In this document: positions 28,032-42,461 of the stretch, piece by piece
Position numbering within the stretch: position 1 is the first letter of the stretch
Layout: the number at the start of each line of letters is the position of its first letter
Source of the DNA: Eledone cirrhosa
Lineage: Eukaryota
DNA length: 64,000 nucleotides
Direction: 5' to 3'
Assembly: GCA_964016885.1 (NCBI GenBank)
Contig: OZ024745.1
Coordinates: 29,698,001-29,762,000 of the forward strand
Notes under the pieces: generated by a model
Database searches by the model: none
Told to the model about the DNA's origin: nothing
The model's input: the letters and a program-made list of their open reading frames with translations, nothing else
Made by a program: the position numbers and the translations under genes

Positions 28032-28227
28032 CCGTATATACTCGAATATAAGCCGATCCCCCCACCCCTCTATTTCATGTCTGAGAAATAGGTGAAAATC
28101 CAAACCCTGTTTATAAACCGAGGCAGCTAATCAACACATTGTTTAGATGGTCTATATAAGCCAACTTCCCATTTTACCATGGATGTTTTGGTCACATATT
28201 CTTCAGCTTATATTCAAGTATATACAG
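28032..28227. mobile_element. Tc1/mariner-type MITE; a one-ended relative lies at about 12562-12660
   Basis: About 25-bp imperfect TIRs CCGTATATACTCGAATATAAGCCGA / TCAGCTTATATTCAAGTATATACAG, with TA on both sides. Confidence 0.8.
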
Positions 28228-28299
28228 TAATTATGATATAATATTAAAATAATGTAACTGTCTTTATTAGTCATGGGTGAGATATCATCATGATATTTT

Positions 28300-29400
28300 A
28301 CAACAAATTTTCCATGCTTGCATAGGGTGGACAGGTCCTCTCCAGCACAGCTTTCCTCCACTTGTGTTCATTTGTCATTTATCTGGGATCAGCTTTCATC
28401 AAATCTGCCCAAGTTTTAGGTCTTCTGCTGCTTTCATTCACTTGCTACATTCCTTTGTCATCGCTGTGTAGTTCACCACTTTTTTCCAGGTTTTTTCTTG
28501 GTCTCCCTCTATTACAGCTTCCTTTCACTGGGATTTTTTGGAATTTCTTCCCTCAATGATGATTGTTGTTATGCATCACATGTACATACCAACTCAGTCT
28601 TCTCTCTTGCATACTACATTTGTTTCCTCTTATACCCAGCTCTTGCCACTCATCCAGGCTTTGTTGTTCATGCATACTAACATTGCACATCCATCAGAGC
28701 AGTTTGTTTCATTTTTCTCCAGCCTTCCCATATACTATGCATTCATTGCCGATGTCTCACTGTCATACACATCACATGTCCATAACAGCATAGTTTTCTC
28801 TCAGACTACATGTAATTTTTCTTGTGCCTATTTTTTTCCCTAAACTCATCTAAGTTTTGTCATTCATGCACACTAACATTACACACCCAACAAAGCATGT
28901 TTGATTCATTTACTGCCCATGTCTCACTACCTGCAACATTACACTTCTCAGATAGCCATCATACAATCTACCTTTTGCTCGGAGAGAGAATCCCTTTGTT
29001 ACCAGAAGAGGTAGTAGCTCTCCAAACTTTTCCATCCTATTCTTATTCTAGCCATTATGCAATATCATCAGCAAAATCCAGATCACAAAGCCTTTCCATT
29101 TTCCTCCACTGCAATTGTATAGTGCCACTATTCATTACAAAGTCAACTGCTAATAGGAATAGAAGGGAGGAGAGAATGCAACCTTGGAGGACACCAGTGA
29201 TGAATATGAATCTATTCTGACATAGCAGCTGGAGTTTTCATAGAGACACTGGAACATGTTGAAGTACCATTGTTGGATACTATAGGCTTCTGGAATATTC
29301 CTTAGAGATTTCAGATGGATGCTGTCAAAAGACTTTTTGCAACCACAAATTGTTACTTCTAAATCAAGTTTATGGCCCTCACACAATATATTTCTATATT
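28300..29400 (-). mobile_element. Old degraded RTE-type LINE fragments
   Basis: Remnants similar to the RTE C-terminal region and an RT piece (GVLQGCILSP, DLDFADDIA). Confidence 0.6.
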
Positions 29401-29529
29401 GTCATGAAGACTAATGATGGTAAATATTCATTAAAGATTCAAATAAGGATTAAGAATGTTTTATTGATCTGTTAAACTGTTCATTAATTATTGATTATTA
29501 AGTAATCATCATCTATTTTCTATTTTCAG

Positions 29530-29592
29530 TTCACTTCATACTCCAGTGGACAGAACAGCAGAAGATTTTCCAAGAACTCACACTGTGATTAA
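29530..29592 (+). CDS. RABL3: Rab-like protein 3, last coding exon (FTSYSSGQNSRRFSKNSHCD*)
   Basis: tttcag acceptor. The ending resembles human KRF...KSLHYD. Total CDS is 699 nt = 232 aa. Confidence 0.8.
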   Translation, partial: FTSYSSGQNSRRFSKNSHCD

Positions 29593-30829
29593 ACACCACA
29601 TGCTATACACCATACCACCATACACCACACCATACCACCATACACCACATGGTAAAACACCACACCACACACCATACCACCATACACCACATGGTCAACA
29701 CCACACCACACACCATACACTAAACACTACACATTAAACACTACACACCATACCACCATACACCACATGGTAAACACAACACTACACACCACACCACACA
29801 CTAGACTACACTTGGAAATATATTTGTTTCAGGCTATATTTTTTTATAACATTTTATGTCCAATAAGGGGGGGGGGGGGCTATGTCCAATGCAGCCATTC
29901 CTGGATTTATGACATGAACAAATAGAAAAATAAAACAGTCATAGAATGTGTGGATAAAACCTTTTGTCAGCTAAGCAGACTGAGATGTTTGTATAAAATG
30001 CACCCAGTCCTCTCTGTAAAGTGGTAGGACTGGCATCACAATAAAATTCACCCAATCCTCTCTGTAAAGTAATACTGCTGGTGTCACGATGAAATATACC
30101 TAGTACATTCTGTAAAGTGGTAGTACTGGTGCCACAATAAATTACACCCAGTAAACTATGTGATAACTGGTATTACAGCCCCTATATGGTAACTGGTATC
30201 ACCAACCTGTATGTGACAACTGGTATTACAAAGCCCGTACGTGGTAATTGGTATTACAATGCCCATATGTGGTAACTGGTATTGAAGCCCAAATGTACTA
30301 ACTGGTATTACAAAACCCTATTCTATGATATGTTTCATAAAGTGAATATTTGGTCATTTTCACACTGTCATGGGTTAGATGGGTTGTTACTCTCCGAGAC
30401 CAAATAAGATGGAACAACTTCATCTTGTTCATATATTCCATTTTTGGAATGTTTTTTTCTATAGTTTGATGTCCTTCTTAACACCAAACACTTTACAAAA
30501 TGTATTGAGTACATATCATACCACCAACATTATAGAGGTTGATTATATCCTCAACAAGTCTAAAGGGGTCCCTACAAACCCTACATTGTTTTATGTTAGG
30601 AGAAATATGGAGTATCTGCAGTATGAAGACCGAGAAGATCACAAATCAGACTAGGACTCTATGCATAGTGAGATGCAGAGTAGGTACATTAATGAGGTAG
30701 AGGTCTGACTGCGAGCTTTCCCTGAAGATGCTTGGAGAGATTACCTGTCGAAACTGCCTGAATTCACAGGTTGACCTTTGCATCATTAATATAAAAAGAT
30801 AAATATTTAAACAACAATGTGTGTTTATA

Positions 30830-31135
30830 TTAATAATAATAATGAAAATTATTGTGTACAGTTCTCAGGTGCACTACAACTCATCAAATGTACATGTATA
30901 GTACATAGAATAATATACAAATGTCAGAAAAGTGAACAGTGTATGAGTCATGATATACACACACATGCATGCATGTGTATGGAGGGGGAATATCAGGTGT
31001 AGTGTTGGTGAATTTCAGAAAGCATGGAGGTTTTGAAGGATGCAGTGTCTCGACAGCTAACAACTGATGCAGGTAGTTTGTTCCATGCTTCAACAACTCC
31101 GAGCGTGAAAAAATGTTTCCGAAAGTCATGGGAAG
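30830..31135 (-). mobile_element. CR1-like LINE 3' fragment
   Basis: Homologous to 15426-15744 and 37264-37570. Confidence 0.85.
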
Positions 31136-31354
31136 TTTGTGGGTATGTTTGTAAATTGAGTGTATGCATACATTATTTTCTAAGGGACCATGTATATATA
31201 TAAAAATATATGTGTGTATATACATTTATGTTTGATGAATAATTTACAATAAACTGTTACCATTCTATTAATGTTCTGTTCTTTGTTATTATTTTACTTT
31301 CTTTTAAATAATTTCAGTAATACTGGGGCACCACATTGATTTAGTTAATCATAT

Positions 31355-31945
31355 CGGGCTCCAGGTAGAGAAGTTCAAGTATCTTGGGGCCGTGTTCATG
31401 AGTGATGGAAGGCAGGAGGCTGAATTAAGTGCAGTAATACGCCAGCTTCAGCATTCAGTAATCAGACGAAGGGAGATAGGTGTAAAAGCCAAACTTGCTA
31501 CCTCCAATTCGGTATTCATGCTAACCCTTACCTATGGTTTCTTGGGTAATGATCATAAGAATATGATCATGAATACAAATGGCTGAAATGGGATTCCTCC
31601 AAAGGGTCTTTGGAGTAATGTTACTCAATGGAGTGCATAGCTCAGAGATCAGAAAGTCAATCCAGGTAGAGCCACTACTTCTCTGAATTGAGAGATCACA
31701 GCTCTGATACTATGGGCATCTGGCTAGAATGTTTCAGGAAAGAATCGCTGGAGAAATTTTACTGACAAAGTCAACCGGTAGAAGACCCCGAGCAAGCTGG
31801 TTAGATAACTTCCATGAGCTTGGCTGGTCTCGCTTAGGAATCCAGCTGGATCAGTTGGAGATGGTTGCTTCTGGACCCGTTGGAAGGATTGTTTGAGGAC
31901 TCTGTCCCCACAACCCTCTCAGGAATAAGTGGGCAAAGTAGAAGA
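31355..31945 (+). mobile_element. Degraded RTE LINE 3' fragment (second family)
   Basis: VEKFKYLG, IERSQL*YYGHLARM, GRRPR; homologous to 63745-64000. Confidence 0.75.
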
Positions 31946-34604
31946 TGTCGGCCCCAGTACTTTTTATTTTTCAAGGCTGGTACATATTTTATTAATCTCT
32001 TTTTTTGTTGAACTGTTAAATTATGGGACATAAACACACGTACATACATTCATATGCATGCACATACACACATTGACATGCATACACTTATACACATCAC
32101 GCACGTATACATAGGCATGCATATGCATACACACACACGTACATACATACACATAGACATGCATACACTTATGCACACACATACACATAGACACACTTAT
32201 ACTCACAATCATATATACACACATGCACTTACACACTCACACACACATACACATAAATATTTATTTCAAATGTATGATTATATCTTGGTTTTCTTGTTTA
32301 CTAAATTCCATTCAAGACTTTGACATAATTTTAACACATATTTACATACATACATTCATACATATGTACTTGCATTCACACATACATACATACATACATA
32401 TCATCATCATCATCGTTTAATGTCTGCTTTCTCTACATAGACCAAGTCACTACTGAAGTTGGGCTACTGACTTCCCAGACTGGCTGAGGTATCTGCATCT
32501 CACTTATATACAGCCTTACATTCTATCGAGTGTACAGGAGAGGCTGTCATGTCTTTGACACAACTGAAGGGTCCTCGCAACCCTTTGTTTTGCAAGCTTT
32601 CTATAGCTGGATGCTCTTCCTGTCACTAACCACTATACAGTGTACACTGGGTGTGTTTGTCATGTAGATCACCAACATTACAGAGGTTGACGTGCTGTGA
32701 CACAATTGAAGGTCCTCTCAACATCTACAGCGAGGTGCCCTTCCATGTCACCAACAACCTTGTAGATTGTACTGGTGCATTATGTTGCCCCAATGCTAGA
32801 GAGGTTGTTGGTCTTTGTACCAACTGAAGAGAACTCTCTGCTCTGTGAGGATGAAGCAATATGAGGGAGATATGTATGATGTTATGGCAAATGTGGTGTA
32901 ATTTGACAGCGGTGAGTAGGGAAGGGTATGCAGTGGTGAGAACAGGTGGTGGATGGTTTGGTCGTTAACATTGGGGAGGTGAGTAAAAGGTGAAGTGAAT
33001 AGCTACTGGAGTGCCATAGTGAGGGTATCTAAAGGCTTTAGATGGGGCAGCAGCTAAAAAATGAATGAAGTGGGGGCGTGTAGTGATAGTGAGGATTGCT
33101 GCTAGGGAGTGAGGGGGGGGGGGGGGGCATTGGGATAAGTCAGGCCACATTGTATGCTGTTGGCCAGATCTTCACCAGCATAGCAGTCCTTTGTCATTTC
33201 TCTTGCAAGGTTTAGTTTTGAAGGTCAGCCTCTTCCACAGGTCCCAGCCACTGGAGTTTCTCTGCACTTTTTGATCTAGCTACACATGTCCATACCAATA
33301 CAGTCTTCTCTCTTGCACACTACATCCAATTCTTCTTATGCCAAGTTTTTTCCTCGGTTTGCTTATGCTAAATAAATCATGCACATTAACATTACGCATG
33401 CATCAGAGCTTACTCAATGTGTTTTGTTCTAGCCTCCATAGGTCTTCTGCAGTCAAAGCCCAGGTTTCATTGCCCATGTTTCTATATTTTCCTACCTTTT
33501 TTGTTCTGTCTCAAGCATATTCTGAAATCATTAATTGCTAACTTATGTTGTGTAGTGGATTCTCCTCTGGGTATGGACTTAATAAACATAATCATCTATT
33601 CAGCTTTCAAACAAGTAACAAGTCAATCTGGCTTGTGTGTTCACCTAATTGGTAGGTGATCAGATGGCTGGCCAGTTTCCTGAAGTTGATCTTGCAAATG
33701 ATTAGTTCATTTGTATCACAGAATTCTAGGAGTCTTACTCTCTCTTCATTTCTCAAGCCATATCCACCATGTACTCAAGTGTACTTTTCTTGGTGTTGCC
33801 CAACATGTCCATTGAAGTCACCATGTGATCTCAGACCTCGCATCACATTTACTTTTAGGTTTGATTAAAAAAGGACCTTGCCTCTTAATGTGGTGTCAGA
33901 CCTCACATCACATTTACTTTTAGAGTTAACTAAATCTTTTCAAAGCAGTGCCCCGGCATGCCCACAATCTAATGACTGAAACTAGTAAAAAGATTTTTTT
34001 AAATACCATGTTAGAAAGGAATCCATTGAATAATGTGGTGTAGAAAAATATAATTTGGAGTGCTTGGTACTTCTAAACTAACCATTCAGTTATATACCCA
34101 ACATACCCCCTCCATCACAAAATATATACATTTGTAGGTCATTTACCTTATCAATTTTATCCAGAACATTGTAGGAATTTATCTAGAATTCCACCAAATT
34201 TCTCAACAAGAACAAAAAGCAGGCATTAAATATTGAAAAGATACCAAAACCGAATCCCCCCCCCCCCCCCCCAAAAAAAAAGAAGAAAAAAATTACAATG
34301 ATGCCAGGATAAAAATACTGTATACATTCACAGTGTGTATATTTACAGTGTATGTATATATTTCTAACTGACAAAGTCTCCAGTGTATCTTTACATCAAG
34401 AGAACAAGATATATGCCAGGGATGTCACCGATAACCCCTGTATCCTTATGTCATAGACACATGTTTAATATATAAACATGTGATAGAGTTAACTGCTTTG
34501 TGTTTATATAATGGTGTAGCTCTGAAATTTAAATGCCTGCACATACACCCACACACACACACTATATATGCGTGTGTGGGTATGTATATATATATATATA
34601 TATA

Positions 34605-34985
34605 TATATTAGTAAAAGGAAAAGAAAATGCTGTTTAATTAGTAATAAGTATTGGTTAGTATTCAGTTTTAGTTTTAAGTTTTTACCGGTTGCGCATTTC
34701 AAATGCTTTTCAAAAATAATTTTGAGATAGAGCGCCCATGATGTTTGCTCTAATCTGGATTAGAGCAAACATCACAGGCACTCTATCTCAAAATTATTTT
34801 TGAAAAGCATTTGAAATGCGCAACCAGTAAAAACTTAAAACTAAAACTGAATACTAACCAATATTTATTACTAATTTTTACTTATTCCTAATTAAACTAT
34901 TTTTCACTGGGAACAATTTGTCAGCATTTTCTTTTCCTTTTACTAATATATCACAACTCGTGTGTTACACCTCTATTCTTTTAAA
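34605..34985 (+). mobile_element. Fold-back PLE-like element (family D) with a variant hammerhead on both arms
   Basis: Apex at about 34756; arms about 34605-34755 and 34758-34950. Motif UUU-UUGAAAA-GCAU uugaa AUGC-GCAA-CC(G/A)G-UA-AAA at 34797-34832(+) and 34681-34716(-). Confidence 0.65.
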
Positions 34986-34999
34986 TATATATATATGAT

Positions 35000-35362
35000 G
35001 GAGGCACATGACTTAGTGGTTAGACCGCGTGGTGATGTGTTGTTTCCCTGAGCAAGACACTTTATTTCACATTGCTCCAGTTTACTCAGCTGTAGAAATG
35101 AGATGATAGGGACTGGGGCCCCTATTCCCCTCCCACTGCAAAGTGGTTGTGGAGGTGCCACGGCAAAAAAGCACCCAGCCCACACTGTAAAGTGGACATG
35201 TAGGCACCATGGAAAAAAAAGCACCCAGCACTCACTGTAAATGAGGTTGGTGTTAGGAAGGGCATCCAGCTGTAGAAAACAAGCCAGAATCAGTTCCCGT
35301 CCCACCCTTGCAAGCAGGGAAAACCAGACGTAAAATGAAATGATGAAATGATGATGATGATA
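35000..35362 (+). mobile_element. Composite SINE (tRNA-like head plus RTE 3'UTR tail); second copy at 42130-42430(-)
   Basis: Head TGAGCAAGACACTTTATTTCACATTGCTCCAG is joined to the 46-bp units, TTAGGAAGGGCATCCAGCTGTAGAAA, CCCTTGCAAGCAGGGAAAA and (GAT)n. A related head occurs at 35380-35640 and 53085-53230. Confidence 0.75.
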
Positions 35363-35804
35363 TATATACATATATATATGAGGGGCATGTGCCCGAGTGT
35401 TGGACTTACGATCATAATGTCGTTGGTTCGATTCCTGGGCTGTGTGTTGTTCTTGAGCAAAACATTTCATTTCACGTTGCTCCAGTATCCTCAGCTGAAA
35501 ATGAGTACCAGCAATAGCTGGAGGGTTAACCCTGCAATGGATTGGCGTCCTGTCCAGAGGGAAGTCTTGTACTCTCAGTCGCTTCACGCCATGAAACTGG
35601 GATAAGCACCGGCCAAATGAGCCTTCTGGCTTAAGACAGACTTTAGTCTTTTAGACTTAGATTTATATATGTGAAGGTGGTCATCCAGACTGACAACTAC
35701 TGGCTCTGACCGCTTTCGGGTCTTAAACATTTTTCTCTACTTTTCAGCCTCTTGGATTGTGTCTACCATTATTATATTCCTTTATTAGATAAATTTATAC
35801 AATT

Positions 35805-35864
35805 AACACCTGGTGATGTCACCAGGTTCCATAGGAACCTGGTCATTGAAATGTGCATAGTGTT
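35805..35864 (+). ncRNA. Type I hammerhead motif (A6G variant or decayed)
   Basis: AACAC-CUGGUGA-UGUc ACCAGGUUCC aua GGAACCUGGU cAUU-GAAA-UGUGCA-UA-GUGUU, with AATAAA at 35868. Confidence 0.7.
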
Positions 35865-36014
35865 TGTAATAAATCTTTGAAGGAATTTCACCAGTCCAGC
35901 CTCCTGTCATTTTACTCAATAATTATATATATATATATATATGAAAAGGTTTGACCCTGACGGCAGAGCCGAAGCCGTTTTGACGGCTATTTCTGGACAG
36001 TATATATACATATA

Positions 36015-37125
36015 CATCATCATCATCACCGTTTTACATCCATTCTTCCACACTAGCATGGGTTAGATGGGTTGTCCTATTGTGGGCGAAGTTAGGTCGG
36101 GTGACCTTGTCTTGCTCATATGGGAACTGATTTTGGCTTGATTTCTACAGCTGGATGCCCTTCCTAACACCAACCTCATTTACAGAGAGTGCTGGGTGCT
36201 TATTCCCATGGCGCCTGCACAACCACTTTACAGTGTGGGCTGGGTGCTTTTTTGTTGTGGCACCTCCACGACCACTTTGCAGTGGGAGGGGTGGGGGTAT
36301 ATTGTCTATATGCTTCAGCTTCGGCTTGTTCCCATGGGAAGTTGGGTCATCTGTATTACTGTGTGACACCAGAGGTCATGGTCCTGTGTCATCGCCGTTG
36401 AGAGGTGCAATTGGGCAAGGTCGGCTTTTATCACCTCATCCTAGGACTTCTTGGGTCTCCCCACTCTGTGGTTTCCATCGACTTCTAGTGCTCTGCACCT
36501 TTTTATGCAGCTGTTATCCTTCATACGCATCACATGTCCATACCAACGCATCCTCCTCTCCAGCACACAGCATTTGATTCCTCTTATGCTCAGTCTCTCT
36601 CTCAGTTCGTTTATGCTTTGCCGTTCGCGTATATTACTATTACACATCCATCGGAGCATGGAAGATTCGCTTCTTTCTAATCTACGCAAGTCTTCAGCCA
36701 CAACGCCCAGGTCTCACTACCATGTAACATTGCTGTTCGGATACACGCATCATACAGTCTGCCTTTCATTTTGAGGGAAAAACCTTTTGCAGCTAGCAGT
36801 GGCAGTAGCTCCCTGAACTTCTTCTATCCCATTCTTACCCTAGTTATTGTACTTTCTGAACACCCACCTCTGCTGTTAATTCGGTCACCTAGGTAGCAGA
36901 AGCTGTCTACTGTTTCTACAGAGCCCTCCCAGAGTTTGGTGGTGCTTGTTTCCTGTGGCTGTTTGCTGCTTACTGTCCTGGTGCAGCTGCTACATGTAAA
37001 GCCTACATTCCTAACTAAGCTTCCTGAGATCCCACTACATGTACCTATAGTTGGCATATGGGGCAGAGGATGGTATTCCTACCTACACCTTTCCTACATA
37101 CTGAGCAAGGCCATTTCTCTGAGGG
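36015..37125 (-). mobile_element. RTE LINE 3' fragment with 3' UTR and (GAT)n tail
   Basis: SFCYLGD...RVRMG and [14 protein letters not shown]; similar to 20440-21586. Confidence 0.88.
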
Positions 37126-37127
37126 GA

Positions 37128-40035
37128 TAAATAATAATAATGAAATAATAATGAAATTATTGTGTACAATGCTCAGGTGCACTACAACTCATCAAAGGTG
37201 CATGTATAGTACATAGAATAATGTACAAATGTCAGGAAAATGAACAGTGTATGAGTCATGATATAATAATGATAACAATAATGAAATATTGTGTACAGTG
37301 CCCAGGTGCACCACAACTCATCAAAAAAGTGCATGTACAGTACATAGGGCAATGCACAAACATCAGTAAAATGAACAATGCACGAGTCATGATACACACA
37401 TGTGTGCATGTGTATGGAAGGGGTACATCAGGTGTAGTTTTGGCGTATTTCGGGAAGCATGAGTGTCTTAAAGGATGCAGTGTCTCGGCAGCTAACAATT
37501 GACGCAGGCAGTTTGTTCCATGCTTCAGCAACTCTGAGCGTGAAAAAATGTCTACGAAAGTCATGGGAGCTGTGCTGTTTTCTGATCTTGTAAGCATGTC
37601 CCCGTGTGTTAGACACATGGAGATCAAAGAGGCGCTCAGGGTTGCAATTGGCGAGATGGTTAAAAACTTTGTGGGTATTCACCAAGTCCATTGCCAGACG
37701 TCGGAGCTTCAATGAATCCATGCCCAGGGAAGCAAGGCATTCAGAGTATGGTAGGTGTCTGATGGAGGGTATGCGCTTGGTTGCACGTCTCTGAACAGTT
37801 TCCAGGAGGTCAATGTTCTGAGCAAGATAGGGGTTCCAGACTGATGATGCGAATTCCAAGTGTGGTCGTACCATAGCTGTATACAGTTTTAAATAAATGG
37901 CTGGGCAGCGGCTAACAAAGGTCTTGCTGAGTGATGCCAAGACACCCTCGGCCTTCTTGACAATCTTAGAGACATGCTTTGTCCAACGCAAACCGTTGCT
38001 GACAGTAATGCCCAGGTCACGTTCACAAGAGGACTTTTTGATATCAGTGTTGTGGAGGGAGTATGTGGACGCTGGATTTTTCCTTCCAAAATGCATGGTG
38101 GTACACTTGTCCACAGCCAGCTTCAGTTGCCAGTCTGTGATCCATTGCTGCATTGTGTCCATTGTAGGAAAGAGTTGTAAATTTCAGGATCAGTCCTTTT
38201 GATTTCAAGGTACAGCTTGATGTCATCTGCATATTTTAGTACCGTAGCATTCTGTAAGTTGGCATCTATGTCATTAATATATGCCACAAACAAAAGAGGA
38301 CCAAGAACAGATCCCTGTGGCACACCAGATGACATCTCATATGGTGAAGAATGCTGTCCTAGAACCATGACTACTTCTTTTCGGCTGAGAATGAAGGATT
38401 TCAACCAGTCGAAAAGATCATCCCTCACACCCATTGCAGAGAGTTTTGCCATAAGTCTTTTGTGTGGCACAGAATTAAAAGCCTTAGCAAAGTCAAGGTA
38501 AACAACATCCACCCATGAGCCGCTGTCAGTGATCCGGGTGATGTCCTCAAGGAACTCGATAAGCTGATCACAGCAGCTGGAGTTAGGGATAAATCCAAAC
38601 TGTGAGGGCCGGATGAGGCTGTGAGAGCTCCAGAAGTTCCAAAGTGTTTCTCTGACACAGGATTCCATCAGTTTGGCCATACAGCTAGTAAGACTGACTG
38701 GACGATAGTTGACAGGTGACATGCGGTTGCCCTTTTTGAACAGGGGAATGGCACTGGCAGTTTTCCACTGCTCCGGAGTAGCACCATTGTTGAGACAGTA
38801 TTGAAAGAAGAAAGAAAGCTGGCGCAAAAGGAAATACCCGCCACGTTTGAGAAGCAGGTATGTCACACCATCAAGACCAGGGGAGGCATAGTTGTGCTTA
38901 TTCTTAAGGTGACGTCGCAACATTGCAGGTGTAAATTCCATAGTTGTTATGGAATTTGATGTTAGAAATGGTGGAGATGGTACAATATGGTTTTCAACAG
39001 TAAAAATACTTGCATAGCACTCAGCAATGAGTTCTGCGCATTCCTTGGGATCGTCAGTGATCTGGCTTGTGTGGGGATTGCGAAGAGGACCAACTGGAGA
39101 GTGAGGTCTCTGCTTTGAATGAACATATTTCCAGAACACCTTACTGTCAGGATTGGTTGCGATGCACTGTTCAAATTCAAGCACTGCCTTCTTTGTCACT
39201 TGCTTGAGATGGTTAGAAGACTTATTCCGCTTTTTTCTGTTGGTATCTGATTTATGCAGTTTATATTCCCGTTCAGCGTTCCGACGTTCTTTCCTGGCAA
39301 GTCGGACCGCTGAAGTTTCCCAGATTGCACTTTTGGGGTGGTTATTTTTCCGCTTCCGTGGCACTGATGCTGCACACGCTATCCATATTGAGTCCAGGAT
39401 GCTCTGGAGTATAGAGTTCACATCTCCAGAGTTATACATCTCATGCCAGTTTGGGCGCTGTAGCTCAGTGCAGTACAAGTTCCAATCCGCCCTCTTCCAA
39501 TCAAAGCAAGCAGATTGGAGATGGCTCTGGTTTTTGTTGCTGCCCTCAAGTGCCAGATTGGCAATGATCATAGCATGATCAGAGTCGCCTAGAGGTTCCT
39601 CAGTAGTACAACTGATAACCACTTCAGGAGTAGTGGTGAAGATCAGGTCCAAAGTGTTGTCACCTCTTGTTGGAGAGGTGACTACTTGTGACCGACCAGT
39701 TTGAGTCCAGCACTAGTTCAAGGAAATCGTTTGCACCTTGTGGCCAACGAAAGGTTTCCCAATCGATCTCAGGATGATTGGAGTCACCTGCAATAAACAC
39801 ATAAGTGGCTGTTTTCTTGGTAGCAACTCTGAGGATATCGCAAAGCTGTGTGTCCTGATGGTAGTTTGGTGGGCAATAAACAACACCAAGCAGAAGTGTT
39901 GACATGGTCATACGTATGTCACAGAAAAAAACTTCTTCCTGTGATTCTTTCAAATCAACGCAAGGAATTACCGAAAAGTTTGAACGAACGTAGACCATCA
40001 CACCACCACCACGGCGGTTAATGCAGTCCTTGCGG
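37128..40035 (-). mobile_element. CR1-like LINE ORF2 (partial APE endonuclease and RT), frameshifted, with duplicated 3' end
   Basis: RRGGGVMVYV, GVVYCPP and AGDSNHP (EN); NYRPVSLTS, YLDFAKAF, SGVPQGSVLGP and LKYADD (RT); ERDLGI and VQRRATK. Frameshift near 38162. (ATT)n-like tails at about 37264-37282 and 37128-37152. Confidence 0.93.
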
Positions 40036-40333
40036 AAAGGGATCTGGGTTCTATTTTCTTGTCTACTTACGAGGACCATATATATACACATGCATACATA
40101 TATATAGACATAGATTATATAAACATATACATATACATTTATAAATACATATATATATATATACACATCCATATATATATATATAGACATATATATATAT
40201 ATATATAAATATATACATATGCATATATATATATATATATATATATGTAAAAGGTAAACAGAAATAACAACACAATCGGTACAGTATATGGAATGAATAT
40301 ATTAGGTTAATGCTTGATATAGCAGGAAGAGGG

Positions 40334-40369
40334 TCATAACGTTTCGGACACTAGTCCTTCATCAGAAGA
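40334..40369 (-). ncRNA. Minimal hammerhead motif (weak stem I) in a TA-flanked PLE-like remnant
   Basis: CUGAUGA-aGGAC uagu GUCC-GAAA-CG-UU. Confidence 0.55.
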
Positions 40370-41125
40370 AAGAATGAGAAATAAGATAAATTGAAGGGAC
40401 GGGTGGGTTAGAATTGGAAAAAAATGTCTTTAGATAAAAACAACAGGTCCATTCATGTTGACATCTCTTGGAAACATATATATATATAAATAAAAATACA
40501 CACACATACCTACATACACACATACATGATGGCTGCAAACTCTGCTAAGAGTATTGCAATCGCTTGTCAGATTATAGAGTTCGGTGCACTTTTAGGCTAC
40601 GGCCAGTCACACAAACCTGTAACATATCCTGACCAAGCAATGTCTGTGCTTTGAAGGTTTTTTTTAAGTGGGGAAAGGAATTGCACTCGACCAATCCCAC
40701 TCTCTGAGCATCAAAACACTACCCGAAAAGGAGAACTGGTCAACATTATTGGATGCTTCTGAAGCTGCAGGTTTTTTTCAGAGTTTCCCTCTTCTAGAAA
40801 GGTGTTGTGACAACAACTGGGGGACTTTCACTCCCAGGTAAAAATAAAACTAAAAAAAATAAATAAATAAATAAAAGTACTATTTGGATGGCCGTTGACT
40901 CTGCCGCGTTCCTCCACCCTTTGCCAGGTCTTGTATTTCATCCCGCAGGGTGTCCAAATATCACCCCCACCCTCCTCACCAAGCAAGCTTGATGTATATG
41001 CATGTATATATATATACATATATACATTTATATATATATATATGTATATATGTACGTATATCATCATCATCATCACGTATATATATGTATGTATATGTGT
41101 ATGTATGTATGTATATATATGCATA

Positions 41126-41188
<63 letters not shown>

Positions 41189-41921
41189 CTATATGTATGT
41201 GTATATATATATGTCAGGTTGCTTTCGAGTGCTACTGGTAACATGTAACCCAGTACAACCATACATACACACTTACATACACACACACTTACATAACATA
41301 TATATATGTGAAATTACCCACAATCCACTCTTTTTCTGACACTCTGCTATATATAAGAGTCTCTGTCATTGGCTTTTAGAATGGTAAATGGTCTCTATAG
41401 GAGGAAGGAGAAGACAGAGAAGAAGGAACAGGGATCATTGAGGACGTACAGTCAACAGTCAGTCATACTGACAGACAGAAGGACTGATTTTACCATGATG
41501 AAAGTATTTGGAACATCACACCAAAATCCACTTTATCAAGAATATTACAATAATTATTCTCAGAAAATTACCAATTCCTGGAACTAGTTAAAAAAAAAAT
41601 AATAGAAATAACAGCAAACCGGCAACTTATCAGATCCCAAACCAATCAAGAGTAAACACCACCAAATAGGTCTCCTATTGATTATTACTGTTGTTGTTAT
41701 TATTGTTGCTTCAACAGTTTCATGTGAGTTTCTACTACATTACCTCATCATTGTTGTAGTTGTTGGTTTTATCTCTGCTGCTGTTGTTATTGTTGTTCCT
41801 GCATAGTTTTTTTTTAATCCCTCAACTATAAAAACCCAGTATTTCACTGGTATCCAGCACCTTAAATTACTATTGTCACAAGATCTACCAGAACTTCATA
41901 AAGAACATTCTACATTGAAAA

Positions 41922-42047
41922 ATGCCGTATGAAATAATATCATTGTTGTTGACCATTCTGTCCAGTTTGGTGGCGGCAGCTCCTATTAACATGGAAGAAC
42001 CATTTAATCTGACTTTAGTCAATCAAACGGACTTTGATATCAAAGAG
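41922..42047 (+). CDS. Multi-domain lipocalin, exon 1: signal peptide and start of domain 1 (MPYEIISLLLTILSSLVAAAPINMEEPFNLTLVNQTDFDIKE)
   Basis: Hydrophobic signal peptide. QTDFDIKE splices in phase 0 onto FSGIWY to form lipocalin SCR1. Confidence 0.82.
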
Positions 42048-42430
42048 GTAACAATATTTTAATTATTTATGTCTTGAATATCAGGTTATATATAATGCTT
42101 GCTAAAAGTTACATGTATATATATATATATCATCATTTCATTTCATCATTTCATTTTACGTCCACTTTTCCCTGCTTGCAAGGGTGGGACGGGAACTGAT
42201 TCTGGCTTGATTTCTACAGCTGGATACCCTTCCTAACACTAACCTCATTTACAGTGAGTGCTGGGTGCTTTTTTGCCGTGGCACCTCCATAACCACTTTG
42301 CAGTGGAATGATAGGGATCCCAATCCCTATCATCTCACTTCTAAAGCTGAGTAAACTGGAGCAATGTGAAATAAAGTGTCTTGCTCAAGGAAACAACGCA
42401 TCACCCGGTCTGAAGCCATGTGCCTCTATC

Positions 42431-42461
<31 letters not shown>

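Noticed and set aside
30722-30775. CTGAAGA...GAAAC as a hammerhead (also 56416-56485)
   Set aside because: Stems I-III cannot be formed convincingly. They may be old remnants but are not supportable.
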